Source: a virus (taxonomy: Duplodnaviria > Caudoviricetes). From it: a stretch of DNA of 38,351 nt. The stretch is from IMG/VR virus record IMGVR_UViG_3300018070_000009, positions 1 through 38,351 of that record. One strand, 5' to 3'. The notes below the pieces were generated by a model. The model saw only the letters and a program-made list of their open reading frames with translations. It searched no databases and was not told the origin of the DNA. Positions within the stretch are counted from its first letter, which is position 1; the number at the start of each line of letters is the position of its first letter. Shown here in pieces: positions 1-8,648 of the stretch. The position numbers and the translations under genes were made by a program.

Positions 1-14
1 TTAAATAGAACCAT

Positions 15-44
15 ACCCCTTACCATAAACCGGTAAGGGGTTTT
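15..44 (+). terminator. Stem-loop followed by a short T tract; possible intrinsic terminator or leader hairpin
   Basis: Perfect 10-bp stem ACCCCTTACC (15-24) / GGTAAGGGGT (32-41) with a 7-nt loop, followed by TTT; 30 nt upstream of the ORF at 75. Confidence 0.5.
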
Positions 45-74
45 GGCAGTATAAACAATTTAATTCCTATTATT

Positions 75-743
75 ATGAAAAAATTATTAAGTAAAAACAG
101 TGCAAGTGTATATTACTTTGATGCAGAAGGAAATAAACACGAAGGTGTTCACGAAAAAATAACTGGTGATGCTAGTGGTATAAGTGAAGATGTTACTGGT
201 ATACGTGGTTGTGTTACTAACATAAGTGGTTGTGTTAATGGTATAACTGGTTATGTTGATGGTATAACTGGTTGTGTTAGTGGTATATCCGGTTATATTA
301 CTGGTCTAAGTGGTTGTGTTAGTGGTCTAAGTGGTTGTGTTAGTGGTATAAGTGGTTGTGTTACTGGTATACATGGTTGGGTTAGTAATATATATGGTTG
401 TGTTAGTAATATAACCGGTTGTGTTACTGGTATAATTGGTTGTGTTGATGGTCTAAGTGGTTGTGTTGATGATATAACTGGTCATGTTAGTAATATAACT
501 GGTTGTGTTGATGGTCTAAGTGGTTGTGTTAGTAATATAACCGATTGTGTTACTGGTATAATTGGTTGTGTTGATGGTCTAAGTGGTTGTGTTGATGATA
601 TAACTGGTTGTGTTAGTGGTATAACTGGTTGTGTTAGTGGTATACGTGGTTGTATTGATGGTATAACTGGTTGTGTTGATCAGTGTGAAATAACTCCCGA
701 AGAGAGAGAAAAAGGAATAGATATTAACGATTTAATTAAGTAA
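75..743 (+). CDS. Hypothetical protein with 25 Cys/Gly-rich heptad repeats, consensus (I/L)(T/S)GCV(S/T/D)(G/N)
   Basis: ORF with short unique N- and C-terminal caps around the repeat block; stop is 1 nt before the next start. Confidence 0.85.
   Translation: MKKLLSKNSASVYYFDAEGNKHEGVHEKITGDASGISEDVTGIRGCVTNISGCVNGITGYVDGITGCVSGISGYITGLSGCVSGLSGCVSGISGCVTGIHGWVSNIYGCVSNITGCVTGIIGCVDGLSGCVDDITGHVSNITGCVDGLSGCVSNITDCVTGIIGCVDGLSGCVDDITGCVSGITGCVSGIRGCIDGITGCVDQCEITPEEREKGIDINDLIK
159..683 (+). repeat. Coding 21-bp tandem repeat, 25 units, with a higher-order 87-bp duplication
   Basis: Unit about ATAACTGGTTGTGTTAGTGGT; 396-482 and 522-608 differ at one base (offset 126 = 6 units). Confidence 0.95.
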
Positions 744-744
744 A

Positions 745-1623
745 ATGATTGGAATTTATCACTCGAAAGATTTAGACGGATGGTGTTCTGGAGCCATCAT
801 TAAAAAAAAATATCCAAGTGCAAAAATGATCAGTTGGGATTATGGCGAACCATTGCCATATATTGTTTTTAAAGAAATGTTTACCCAAGATGAAGATGTA
901 ATAATGGCTGATATTTCTTTTTCAATGCCAAATATGGTTGAGCTTTGTCAAAAAGTAAAGACAGTTATATGGATTGATCATCATGTTTCAGCCATTAATG
1001 ACTATATCCAATTTACTTCTGACCTCATTCCTTCTAATTTAGAAATTGTTTTGAATGCTAAAGTTGCGGCTTGTGAATTAATATGGTATCACTTATTTCC
1101 ACAGTTAGAAATGCCTTTTAGCATTGAACTTTTAGGCATATATGATTCTTGGAGAAATGAAGATATTGTATTTTGGGATAATGTTATAATGCCATTTCAA
1201 TATGGCGTTAGACTTATATGTCACGATTTAGATTCATTTCCAATAGAATTATTAGGTTTTGTGTGTATTGACCATTTTATTAGAGATGGTAAAAACATTA
1301 TTAAATATCAAGATCAATTAAACAAAACCCAATGTCAAAAAAAGGCATTTTTTACTATGTTTAAAAAATTTAAAGCAATATGTCTTAATACTGGAATATT
1401 TAATTCCAACGTATTTAAAAGTATTTATAATGAAAATGATCATGATATTATGATTCCTTTTCAATTTAATGGGAGAAGTTGGGATGTATCTTTATACACT
1501 ACTAAAGATAATGTTGATTGTTCGATATTAGCAAAGTTGTACGGTGGCGGTGGACACAGAAAAGCTGCAGGATTCAAAGTAAATGATATTAGTAAAGTGT
1601 TTAATAATTTTATGAATATTTAA
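745..1623 (+). CDS. DHH/DHHA1 family phosphoesterase
   Basis: Motifs YHSKDLDG, ADIS, WIDHH and C-terminal GGGGHRKAAG (DHHA1). Confidence 0.92.
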   Translation: MIGIYHSKDLDGWCSGAIIKKKYPSAKMISWDYGEPLPYIVFKEMFTQDEDVIMADISFSMPNMVELCQKVKTVIWIDHHVSAINDYIQFTSDLIPSNLEIVLNAKVAACELIWYHLFPQLEMPFSIELLGIYDSWRNEDIVFWDNVIMPFQYGVRLICHDLDSFPIELLGFVCIDHFIRDGKNIIKYQDQLNKTQCQKKAFFTMFKKFKAICLNTGIFNSNVFKSIYNENDHDIMIPFQFNGRSWDVSLYTTKDNVDCSILAKLYGGGGHRKAAGFKVNDISKVFNNFMNI

Positions 1624-1636
1624 AAAATCAATTAAA

Positions 1637-2335
1637 ATGGAAACAAACAAAGTACCGGTTTTAGATAGCCAAGTCTTACAAGATAAGACCAATGAGTATG
1701 CTCTAAAAGGAGCTATTGATACGATTAAGGAATTTTATATAGGTTATAATTCTCCTTATTGTAAAGCAATAAGAGGGCAATTAAACGATATGGGGATAAC
1801 ACCCAATATTGATTTGCCGGATATTATTTCTATAATAAATGATTCCCTTTCAAGAGAAATAGATATAATGGCTAACGAAACTGTGGCAAAGTCATTCCTG
1901 CCATTAGTTAGAAATTTATTAATTAGAGAAGATAAAGAAATTTTCTTTTCTACTATCTTGAAAAAATTCATAGATAGTATGGATAGTGATGAGTATAGGG
2001 ATTATTCTATTTCTATAGAAAAATCTTCATACGGATGGTTAAACGTAAAATTAATTTGCAATAAAGAAGTTTACGAAATAACCCTCCATGTAAATCATAA
2101 AAATAAAGAATGTAATGAAATAAAGTATAGTATATTATCATTACCATATAATATGTCGATTCATAAACAAACTATGAAAATATCTTTAGATGGCGCTACG
2201 CTGGAAATGCCATTCATTCAACATATCTTACAGGATAGTTTTATTTCATACATTGCTAAGTTAGTAATGTTTAAAAGTATTATAACTATAGATTGCGAGG
2301 ATTTTGACGAAGAAATGTTTGAAAACAATGATTGA
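1637..2335 (+). CDS. Hypothetical protein
   Basis: 232-aa ORF in operon, A-rich start context; no motif recognised. Confidence 0.8.
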   Translation: METNKVPVLDSQVLQDKTNEYALKGAIDTIKEFYIGYNSPYCKAIRGQLNDMGITPNIDLPDIISIINDSLSREIDIMANETVAKSFLPLVRNLLIREDKEIFFSTILKKFIDSMDSDEYRDYSISIEKSSYGWLNVKLICNKEVYEITLHVNHKNKECNEIKYSILSLPYNMSIHKQTMKISLDGATLEMPFIQHILQDSFISYIAKLVMFKSIITIDCEDFDEEMFENND

Positions 2336-2831
2336 TCCAGTCACATTTGTCCAAGTAAATAGTGTTAGTAATACTGTAATAATAAATGTTAGGTCATTTT
2401 TTGACCTAACATTTACCGAATTCAATATACTATCAGCAACAATGCTATTATTGAATGATAAGAATTTTAAAACAAATTCTTTTAGTCGTAAGGATATAGC
2501 CCCTATAATAAATGCTCATACTAGTACTATTTTTAAAGATAAACGAAAATCTAACCTATATATGACAGCTTTAATGAATAAAGAATTTTTTATTTATGTA
2601 GGAAATGTATCCGAAACTAAAGATGGTAAGCATAGTCGCATTAATAGGTATATCGTAAATAAAGAAAAGTTTGCATATTTTTGTGCTATATTACAAGCTT
2701 TTACGGCTATAGAATTAGCTAAGTTTGCTAGGTATACTACTAATAGTGTAGGTAGGTTTGAGCTTTTTAAATTTAAAAAAGATGCTATCAAACATATAAA
2801 AAAAATGAAAAAACTCATCAAGAAAAAATAA
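2328..2831 (+). CDS. Hypothetical protein, possible winged-helix DNA-binding protein
   Basis: ATG at 2328 overlaps the upstream gene end and is a more likely start than 2304; LTFTEFNIL helix, SRKDIA, wing-like RINRYIV and basic C-terminus. Confidence 0.6.
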   Translation: MIDPVTFVQVNSVSNTVIINVRSFFDLTFTEFNILSATMLLLNDKNFKTNSFSRKDIAPIINAHTSTIFKDKRKSNLYMTALMNKEFFIYVGNVSETKDGKHSRINRYIVNKEKFAYFCAILQAFTAIELAKFARYTTNSVGRFELFKFKKDAIKHIKKMKKLIKKK

Positions 2832-2840
2832 TTTTATGAT

Positions 2841-4310
2841 ATGAAAAAAATAAAAAAATTGACATTAGAACAAGAATCTAAAATGATAGATGTAAGGGAA
2901 TTTTGGTTAGATTATTTTTTTAGTTGTAAAAATTTTACAAATAAAAAATTAGCTAGTGCTAGTATATATTGGTTGTATGGGTTATCTACACTTAAAAAAC
3001 CTATAATTATTTACACAGATAGTCCGTTAGCATCTCAATATGCTATCACTATTTGTAAATATATTTTTCAATTTTTAACTAAAGATCAGGTCGTTAACCA
3101 GGTCCAGGATCAGGTCCAGGATCAGGTCGAGAGTCCGGTCATTAACCGAGTCTTTAATCAGGTCAGGATTCAGGTCAGGAATCAGGTCGTTAACCAGGTC
3201 CAGGATCAGGTCGAGAGTCCGGTCATTAACCGAGTCTTTAATCAGGTCAGGAATCAGGTCGAGAGTCAGATATTTAACCCGGTCAAGAATCAGGTCAATG
3301 ATCAGGTCGTTAACCAGGTCCAGGATCAGGTCCAGGATCAGGTCGAGAGTCCGGTCATTAACCGAGTCTTTAATCAGGTCAGGATTCAGGTCAGGAATCA
3401 GGTCGAGAGTCAGATATTTAACCCGGTCAGGGATCAGGTCCAGGTCAAGGATCAGGTCTTTGACCATGTCGAGAGTCTGATATTTAACCCGGTCAGGGAT
3501 CAGGTCAGGGATCAGGTCAGTAACCCTGTCCAGAGTCAGGTCGTAGATCAGGTCAGTAATCAATTTATAGGTCAGATCATAGATCAGGTCAGTAATCAGG
3601 TCTTTAACCAGGTCGAAAAAAAATATTATACATTTTCTTCGTTCGGCAATATATCTGATTTAGGCTGGATTTCTTTTTATGATTATTTTACTCAAATAGG
3701 TGTTTTTACGCACGAAAATTTTAATAAATATAAAAAATTATTATTATCTGGCATATATAATATGATTCAATTAGATGGACTGTGCGTAGTTTCTAATATG
3801 CCTGATATAATTAAAAAAGATCAACGCAATGTATTACATTGTGATAATGGCCCATCTATTCATTTTAAAGATGGATATGAATTATTCTATTGGCATGGTA
3901 TATGTGTACCTAAAACATGGATATTAGACAAACATAATATTACAAAACAAGATTTTGTATCTGAAAAAAATGCAGAAAAAAAAAGATGTCTTAAAGAAAT
4001 ATTAGGTAATGAAACTTTAATTAAGTTACTTGATGTTGAAATAATAGATGAAGATATTGATTCTTTTGGTTATCCTATTAAACTTCATCGAACAAAAACT
4101 AAAGACAAACTTATTGACGAATTTATTTACTTTCTGAATGTGATTGATCCTTCAACAGGCAGAGAGTATTACTTATGTGTACCTGGATGTAGTAATGTAT
4201 GGAAAGCTAAGTCGTGGACATTTCAAAATCAAAAGATAGAAATAAGACATGGGGATGTCGGACTTTTGAATTTAAAAAAAGAATTTGATCAACCAATTTA
4301 TGAATCATAA
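2841..4310 (+). CDS. DUF6745-like protein with QVxD/N tetrapeptide repeat insert
   Basis: DSP motif before the repeats; afterwards DLGWISFYDYF, LHCDNGPSIHFKDG, YWHGICVP, NAEKKR, DPSTGREYYLCVP and AKSWTF, as recalled for DUF6745. Confidence 0.8.
   Translation: MKKIKKLTLEQESKMIDVREFWLDYFFSCKNFTNKKLASASIYWLYGLSTLKKPIIIYTDSPLASQYAITICKYIFQFLTKDQVVNQVQDQVQDQVESPVINRVFNQVRIQVRNQVVNQVQDQVESPVINRVFNQVRNQVESQIFNPVKNQVNDQVVNQVQDQVQDQVESPVINRVFNQVRIQVRNQVESQIFNPVRDQVQVKDQVFDHVESLIFNPVRDQVRDQVSNPVQSQVVDQVSNQFIGQIIDQVSNQVFNQVEKKYYTFSSFGNISDLGWISFYDYFTQIGVFTHENFNKYKKLLLSGIYNMIQLDGLCVVSNMPDIIKKDQRNVLHCDNGPSIHFKDGYELFYWHGICVPKTWILDKHNITKQDFVSEKNAEKKRCLKEILGNETLIKLLDVEIIDEDIDSFGYPIKLHRTKTKDKLIDEFIYFLNVIDPSTGREYYLCVPGCSNVWKAKSWTFQNQKIEIRHGDVGLLNLKKEFDQPIYES
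3084..3616 (+). repeat. Coding 12-bp tandem repeat (about 44 units, CAGGTCnnnRAT) with an exact 106-bp duplication
   Basis: 3084-3189 is identical to 3300-3405; block is GC-richer than its flanks and Val is almost always GTC. Confidence 0.95.
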
Positions 4311-4324
4311 ATAAAATAAAAAAA

Positions 4325-4627
4325 ATGAAAACAAGAGATTTAACAAAAAGAGAATCCCGTATTATTACTAGGGGCGAAGTATCTAATCATTCTCACATTA
4401 TCACTGGGGAATGTGAAATAATTGAAGATAATGATAAGGTTATTATTAAGGCTGGGAAAAACTGTGTTATAAAACATTTACTAGAATCTGTATTTGTAGA
4501 ACAAGGTATCGAACAATGGACTGGTGAACATAAAGATATTGCCTTAAAAAAAGGTGAAAGTTACGAGTATATTCAGCAAGTAGAATACGATCCATACGCT
4601 AAAATTATTCAAACAGTAAAAGATTAA
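4325..4627 (+). CDS. Small His-motif protein (GExxxHxH...EH...QxEY), usual DUF6745 neighbour
   Basis: RGEVSNHSH, KH, GEH and QQVEYDP motifs; directly downstream of the DUF6745-like gene. Confidence 0.75.
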   Translation: MKTRDLTKRESRIITRGEVSNHSHIITGECEIIEDNDKVIIKAGKNCVIKHLLESVFVEQGIEQWTGEHKDIALKKGESYEYIQQVEYDPYAKIIQTVKD

Positions 4628-4629
4628 TT

Positions 4630-4812
4630 ATGGAAAATATTATTCCTCCAGTAGATTATGCCAGCAAAAGATATAAAGGGGAAATCCTTAGTAAATGTCA
4701 TATTTGTGGGTATTATGTGCCGGACTCTTTTATCAATAAAGATGGAATCTGTATTGATTGCGAAAATGAAGGTTTAACCTTAGATAATGTAAATAAAATT
4801 AAACATAATTGA
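4630..4812 (+). CDS. Small zinc-ribbon protein
   Basis: CHIC...CIDC pairs; starts 2 nt after the upstream stop. Confidence 0.7.
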   Translation: MENIIPPVDYASKRYKGEILSKCHICGYYVPDSFINKDGICIDCENEGLTLDNVNKIKHN

Positions 4813-4831
4813 ATAATTTAAAATAAATAAA

Positions 4832-5500
4832 ATGCTTGGATCGAACAACGGAACACAGAAAACATTTTTAACAGTTGGATTTGGCAAAATTCGCCAAAAA
4901 ACATTGGACAATAAAACAAAGGTAGATGAAAATACACCTGGGTCGGTTAAGAGAACTACTCAAAGTGGATCAGAATCTTGGGCATTAGAATATGATTTCA
5001 TCGAAGGTACTATCGAAAAAATCTTCTATAAAGAAGATAAGGATTATGGTAACTCTTACGAGGTTGTCATTTCAGATGTAGAAGTATACCAATTAAGCTT
5101 TTCGGAAACAAGCCAGTATTGTAATGATTTATTAAAAAAGCTACCAAATATTAACCTGCTTGATAGGGTTAAATTTACAGCTTACGATTTTGAAGACAAA
5201 GACCATAAACGTAAATGTGGTTTATCCATTGAACAACATAGTAATAAAATTACTTCTCATTACGAAGTAAAACAACCTGATGGTAAGTGGAAATTACTAC
5301 ATAGTTTTCCTAGCGGTGAAAGTATTGACTTTAAAGATAAAGATGAATGTAAGATATATTTTATCCGGGTTAAAAAATTTCTTCGGGCTGAATTTGATAG
5401 GCTTTTTAAAGATAAATTTAGCAGCACCGAACCATCAAATAAAAAAATGGATATTGATGATATGAATATTCCGCCGGTAGAGGACGACTTACCTTTTTGA
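4832..5500 (+). CDS. Probable single-stranded DNA-binding protein
   Basis: Beta-rich body with an acidic tail ending EDDLPF; lies before a nuclease gene. Confidence 0.7.
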   Translation: MLGSNNGTQKTFLTVGFGKIRQKTLDNKTKVDENTPGSVKRTTQSGSESWALEYDFIEGTIEKIFYKEDKDYGNSYEVVISDVEVYQLSFSETSQYCNDLLKKLPNINLLDRVKFTAYDFEDKDHKRKCGLSIEQHSNKITSHYEVKQPDGKWKLLHSFPSGESIDFKDKDECKIYFIRVKKFLRAEFDRLFKDKFSSTEPSNKKMDIDDMNIPPVEDDLPF

Positions 5501-5572
5501 TAATCAATTATTTATAAATATAATTATTAATTTAAACTAATTTTAAAAAGTGTAAAATATAAATAATTCAAC

Positions 5573-5608
5573 TTAATAGGATGGGTAGATATTTACCTGT
5601 CCTATTAA
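5573..5608 (+). promoter_or_regulatory. 16-bp RNA hairpin in the leader of the nuclease gene
   Basis: TTAATAGGATGGGTAG / TTACCTGTCCTATTAA with ATAT loop; the three non-Watson-Crick pairs are all G-U on the + strand. Confidence 0.6.
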
Positions 5609-5623
5609 AAAAAACAATAAAAA

Positions 5624-6583
5624 ATGGAACAAACAATAACCAATATTGAAAAAGTTGAGAACATATTAAAAATTGGTACATTCCTTAAGATGTATCGAAT
5701 TAATTTTAATGGACTTCGCATCTACATACTAGAAGAACCATTCATGTATTATTCAGGCTTAACCGGGGCTTTAAACGCAGCAACATTTAAAGGTGATCCA
5801 GATTCTAAACGTTTAGATAAATGGCGTACCTCTATGCTAGATTCATTTGGAGAAAAAAACTTAAACGACTATGTTAATACAACTGCCGATTTTGGAACTT
5901 TATTACACATGTCCTTGGTAACAATAAAAGAAAAAGGATGTATAAATTGGGACGAAGAAAAAGATATGGCTTATGCCTATTTTATAAATGCTTTTAAATC
6001 TAAGGGTATTGAACCAGATTTAAAAACTATCAAGAAAATGGTTTATGAATATCAAAAACATATTGCCAGTTTAATGCAGTTTATCTACGAAAGGGTAAAT
6101 GAAATATATGCTATTGAAACTCCTGTAAAATCAGATGAACTTAAAATAGCTACTCCAGTTGATTTATTTTGTTCTTGCCGTCAAACTCCTAAAGATAAAT
6201 TTAGAAATACGGTAATTAATCTTAAAACATCGACACAAATATCTAATCATCAAATGGAACAAGTGGCTTGTGAGTTTACTTTTTGGAATAATACTTACGA
6301 CATACAAGCGGAATGTGGAGCTATTTTAAGGACTAAGGATTGGACTGAGGGTAAAACTCCTTCCTTTGATTACAAATATCTTGATAAAGATGAGGCTTTG
6401 ACTTATTTTAAAGATGCTCAAAAAAGGCTTTCACTTTGCTTGAATAGTAATTCTACATATTATCCCTCACCTATTAGTAAATCATTCAATGGTGTGACTA
6501 AAATAGGGGAAATGCCTACTATATCAATAAAAACATTAGAGCAGGAATGGTTAGAAACAATGGAAGGGCAAAAAACTGAATAA
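5624..6583 (+). CDS. PD-(D/E)XK-fold exonuclease-like protein (N-x-K variant)
   Basis: FGTLLH, IETPV, TPVDL, INLKTS and downstream Q helix (HQMEQ), matching phage Cas4/RecB-like nucleases. Confidence 0.75.
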   Translation: MEQTITNIEKVENILKIGTFLKMYRINFNGLRIYILEEPFMYYSGLTGALNAATFKGDPDSKRLDKWRTSMLDSFGEKNLNDYVNTTADFGTLLHMSLVTIKEKGCINWDEEKDMAYAYFINAFKSKGIEPDLKTIKKMVYEYQKHIASLMQFIYERVNEIYAIETPVKSDELKIATPVDLFCSCRQTPKDKFRNTVINLKTSTQISNHQMEQVACEFTFWNNTYDIQAECGAILRTKDWTEGKTPSFDYKYLDKDEALTYFKDAQKRLSLCLNSNSTYYPSPISKSFNGVTKIGEMPTISIKTLEQEWLETMEGQKTE

Positions 6584-6584
6584 A

Positions 6585-7865
6585 ATGAAATATATTAAAA
6601 TAAAAAATAACGGTTTAATTGAATCCCAGGCATTACATTTAGTCGGAGCTTCGACTAAGCGCAATGATTCATCTAAAATTGGCCAGTTTGGAAGTGGTAA
6701 TAAATATGCGTTAGCTTATTTGCTTAGGAATAATTACCAAGTAAAAATCTATTCAGGTGAAACAGAAATTAATATACATACTGAAAAAGAAACATTTAGA
6801 GATATAGATTTTGATGTAATATTTATTGACAATCAAAAAACATCTATTACCACTGAAATGGGTAAAGATTGGGAATTTTGGCAAGCTATCCGGGAGATTT
6901 ATTGTAACGCCATAGATGAAGGTGGTTGTTCTATGGATTTTGTACAAACCATACAACCAAATCAGGAAGAAACACATTTTTACATTGACACTAAAAAAGA
7001 TGTTCTTGAATTTATATCAAATTATGATAATTATTTTGCTCATAATAAAAAAGTCCTTTTTGAATGCCCACAAGGTAAAATATTAGAAAAAACTGGTATA
7101 AAGGCTAATATATATCGTAAAGGAATTAATTGTTTTATTACTGACAAAACAAGCATTTTTGATTATGATTTTAATGATATATCTATAGATGAAAATAGAT
7201 TAATAAAATATTTTTGGCAGGTAGAAGAAAAAATATGGGACTTGATATATAGGTGTGATAATAAAGAGGTCATATTACAAATATTGCACAATTTATCAGA
7301 TAATAAATATCTTGAAGGTTGCTTGTCTGATATATCAACTATAAACAATAATGCTTCGGAAGTTTTTAAATTATGTCTTAAAGAAACAAGGATTGCTCCA
7401 ATTGGATATGCTGGTTTGCTTAAACCAGATGAAGTAAATAATTACATAATTATACCTACAAAAATATTTAAATCAATCCGGGGAATAATTGGAGATGAAA
7501 ATGTTAGTGATAAATTTAAGGTTACAAAATATGGAGCTTTTTATCGTGAAATTGAGATGAGTTTACTAGATGAAGCCACTATTAATAAAGCTATTGATTT
7601 TTTAAAAGAAGTTAAATTTAACATGCCTTATGATATTAAAACTGCCATTTTTGATGATAAAGACATAATGGGAACTATATATGGTAATAATATAATACTC
7701 TCAGATATATGTATTGATAAAGGTGTTAATGAAGTTGTTAATACTATTATTGAAGAATTTATCCATATTAAATACGATGTTAGAGATGAAACTAGGAGTT
7801 TTCAAACTGCAATAATATCAGAGTTAATTATTTATATGAAAAATATTAATGCTTATATATTATAA
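6585..7865 (+). CDS. GHKL (HATPase_c) ATPase, circularly permuted, with C-terminal zincin-like region
   Basis: KIKNNG, STK...IGQFGSG and AIREIYCNAIDEG motifs; C-terminal TIIEEFIH. Confidence 0.8.
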   Translation: MKYIKIKNNGLIESQALHLVGASTKRNDSSKIGQFGSGNKYALAYLLRNNYQVKIYSGETEINIHTEKETFRDIDFDVIFIDNQKTSITTEMGKDWEFWQAIREIYCNAIDEGGCSMDFVQTIQPNQEETHFYIDTKKDVLEFISNYDNYFAHNKKVLFECPQGKILEKTGIKANIYRKGINCFITDKTSIFDYDFNDISIDENRLIKYFWQVEEKIWDLIYRCDNKEVILQILHNLSDNKYLEGCLSDISTINNNASEVFKLCLKETRIAPIGYAGLLKPDEVNNYIIIPTKIFKSIRGIIGDENVSDKFKVTKYGAFYREIEMSLLDEATINKAIDFLKEVKFNMPYDIKTAIFDDKDIMGTIYGNNIILSDICIDKGVNEVVNTIIEEFIHIKYDVRDETRSFQTAIISELIIYMKNINAYIL

Positions 7866-7889
7866 ATTTATTAATTAAAAATTAAACAT

Positions 7890-8135
7890 ATGACAATAGA
7901 CACTAAATTTTCTCCAGGGCAATTTGTATGGACATTATTTAAAAACAAGGCAAGAACCTTTCAAATAAGTAAAGTAGAAATTTCTATATCAAATTATAAA
8001 ATTATAAAAGGATATACTTTGAATATAGGAACAGAGATAAAGCCTATTGATCTTTTAGTACTTGAAAATAATTGTTTTTCAAGTCGTGAAGATTTAATAA
8101 ATTCACTTTGGTATGAAGATACAAACTTGGATTGA
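7890..8135 (+). CDS. Hypothetical protein (small beta-barrel-like)
   Basis: TKFSPGQFVW...CFSSREDLINSL pattern typical of small phage proteins. Confidence 0.7.
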   Translation: MTIDTKFSPGQFVWTLFKNKARTFQISKVEISISNYKIIKGYTLNIGTEIKPIDLLVLENNCFSSREDLINSLWYEDTNLD

Positions 8136-8610
8136 TATTATCAATGGAAAAAAAGAGATTCATGAAAAAGAAAAATTTCAAGAATCTCTTAATTCCTTAC
8201 AAGATGGTAGGTATATTTATACTATTGAGAAGGTAGAAAATATACGTAGCCTAAATCAAAATAATGCCATATGGGGTATTCCATATGCCTTTTTTCATAA
8301 AGTTCTTATTAATGCAGGACATTACGAAACCCCATCCAAAGAGCAAGTACACGAATTTTGCATGCACTATTGCTTGCCGGATGATTACAAAGAACGTTTA
8401 AAAGAAGGATGGAATAATACTAAACCATTAATAGATATTAGAACCGGGGAGTTATTTAAATCAGCCTTTAGATTAACAACAAAAAAAATGACCACAATTG
8501 ATGCAAGTAATTATTATGCCAATATGCAAAAGTTTTATGCTGAGTATTTTGCGTCTGGCAAACCGGATGATATGATTCCTGATCCTATACATGATTTTAA
8601 AAAAAAATAA
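8113..8610 (+). CDS. NinB/Orf-like recombination accessory protein
   Basis: RSLNQNNAIWG near the N-terminus; TTKKMTT...YYANMQKFYAE...IPDP at the C-terminus. Confidence 0.7.
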   Translation: MKIQTWIDIINGKKEIHEKEKFQESLNSLQDGRYIYTIEKVENIRSLNQNNAIWGIPYAFFHKVLINAGHYETPSKEQVHEFCMHYCLPDDYKERLKEGWNNTKPLIDIRTGELFKSAFRLTTKKMTTIDASNYYANMQKFYAEYFASGKPDDMIPDPIHDFKKK

Positions 8611-8648
8611 ATATTATTATCAATTTACAACTTAATTTAAAAAACAAT

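Noticed and set aside
3075-3563. 162-aa antisense ORF and 60-aa alternative-frame ORF (3298-3480)
   Set aside because: Both are confined to the 12-bp repeat, whose unit lacks stops in those frames; by-products of the repeat
159-3616. The two repeat arrays as CRISPR arrays or DGR template/variable repeats
   Set aside because: Units are contiguous and in-frame with no unique spacers; no cas or reverse transcriptase gene seen; differences are not adenine-specific
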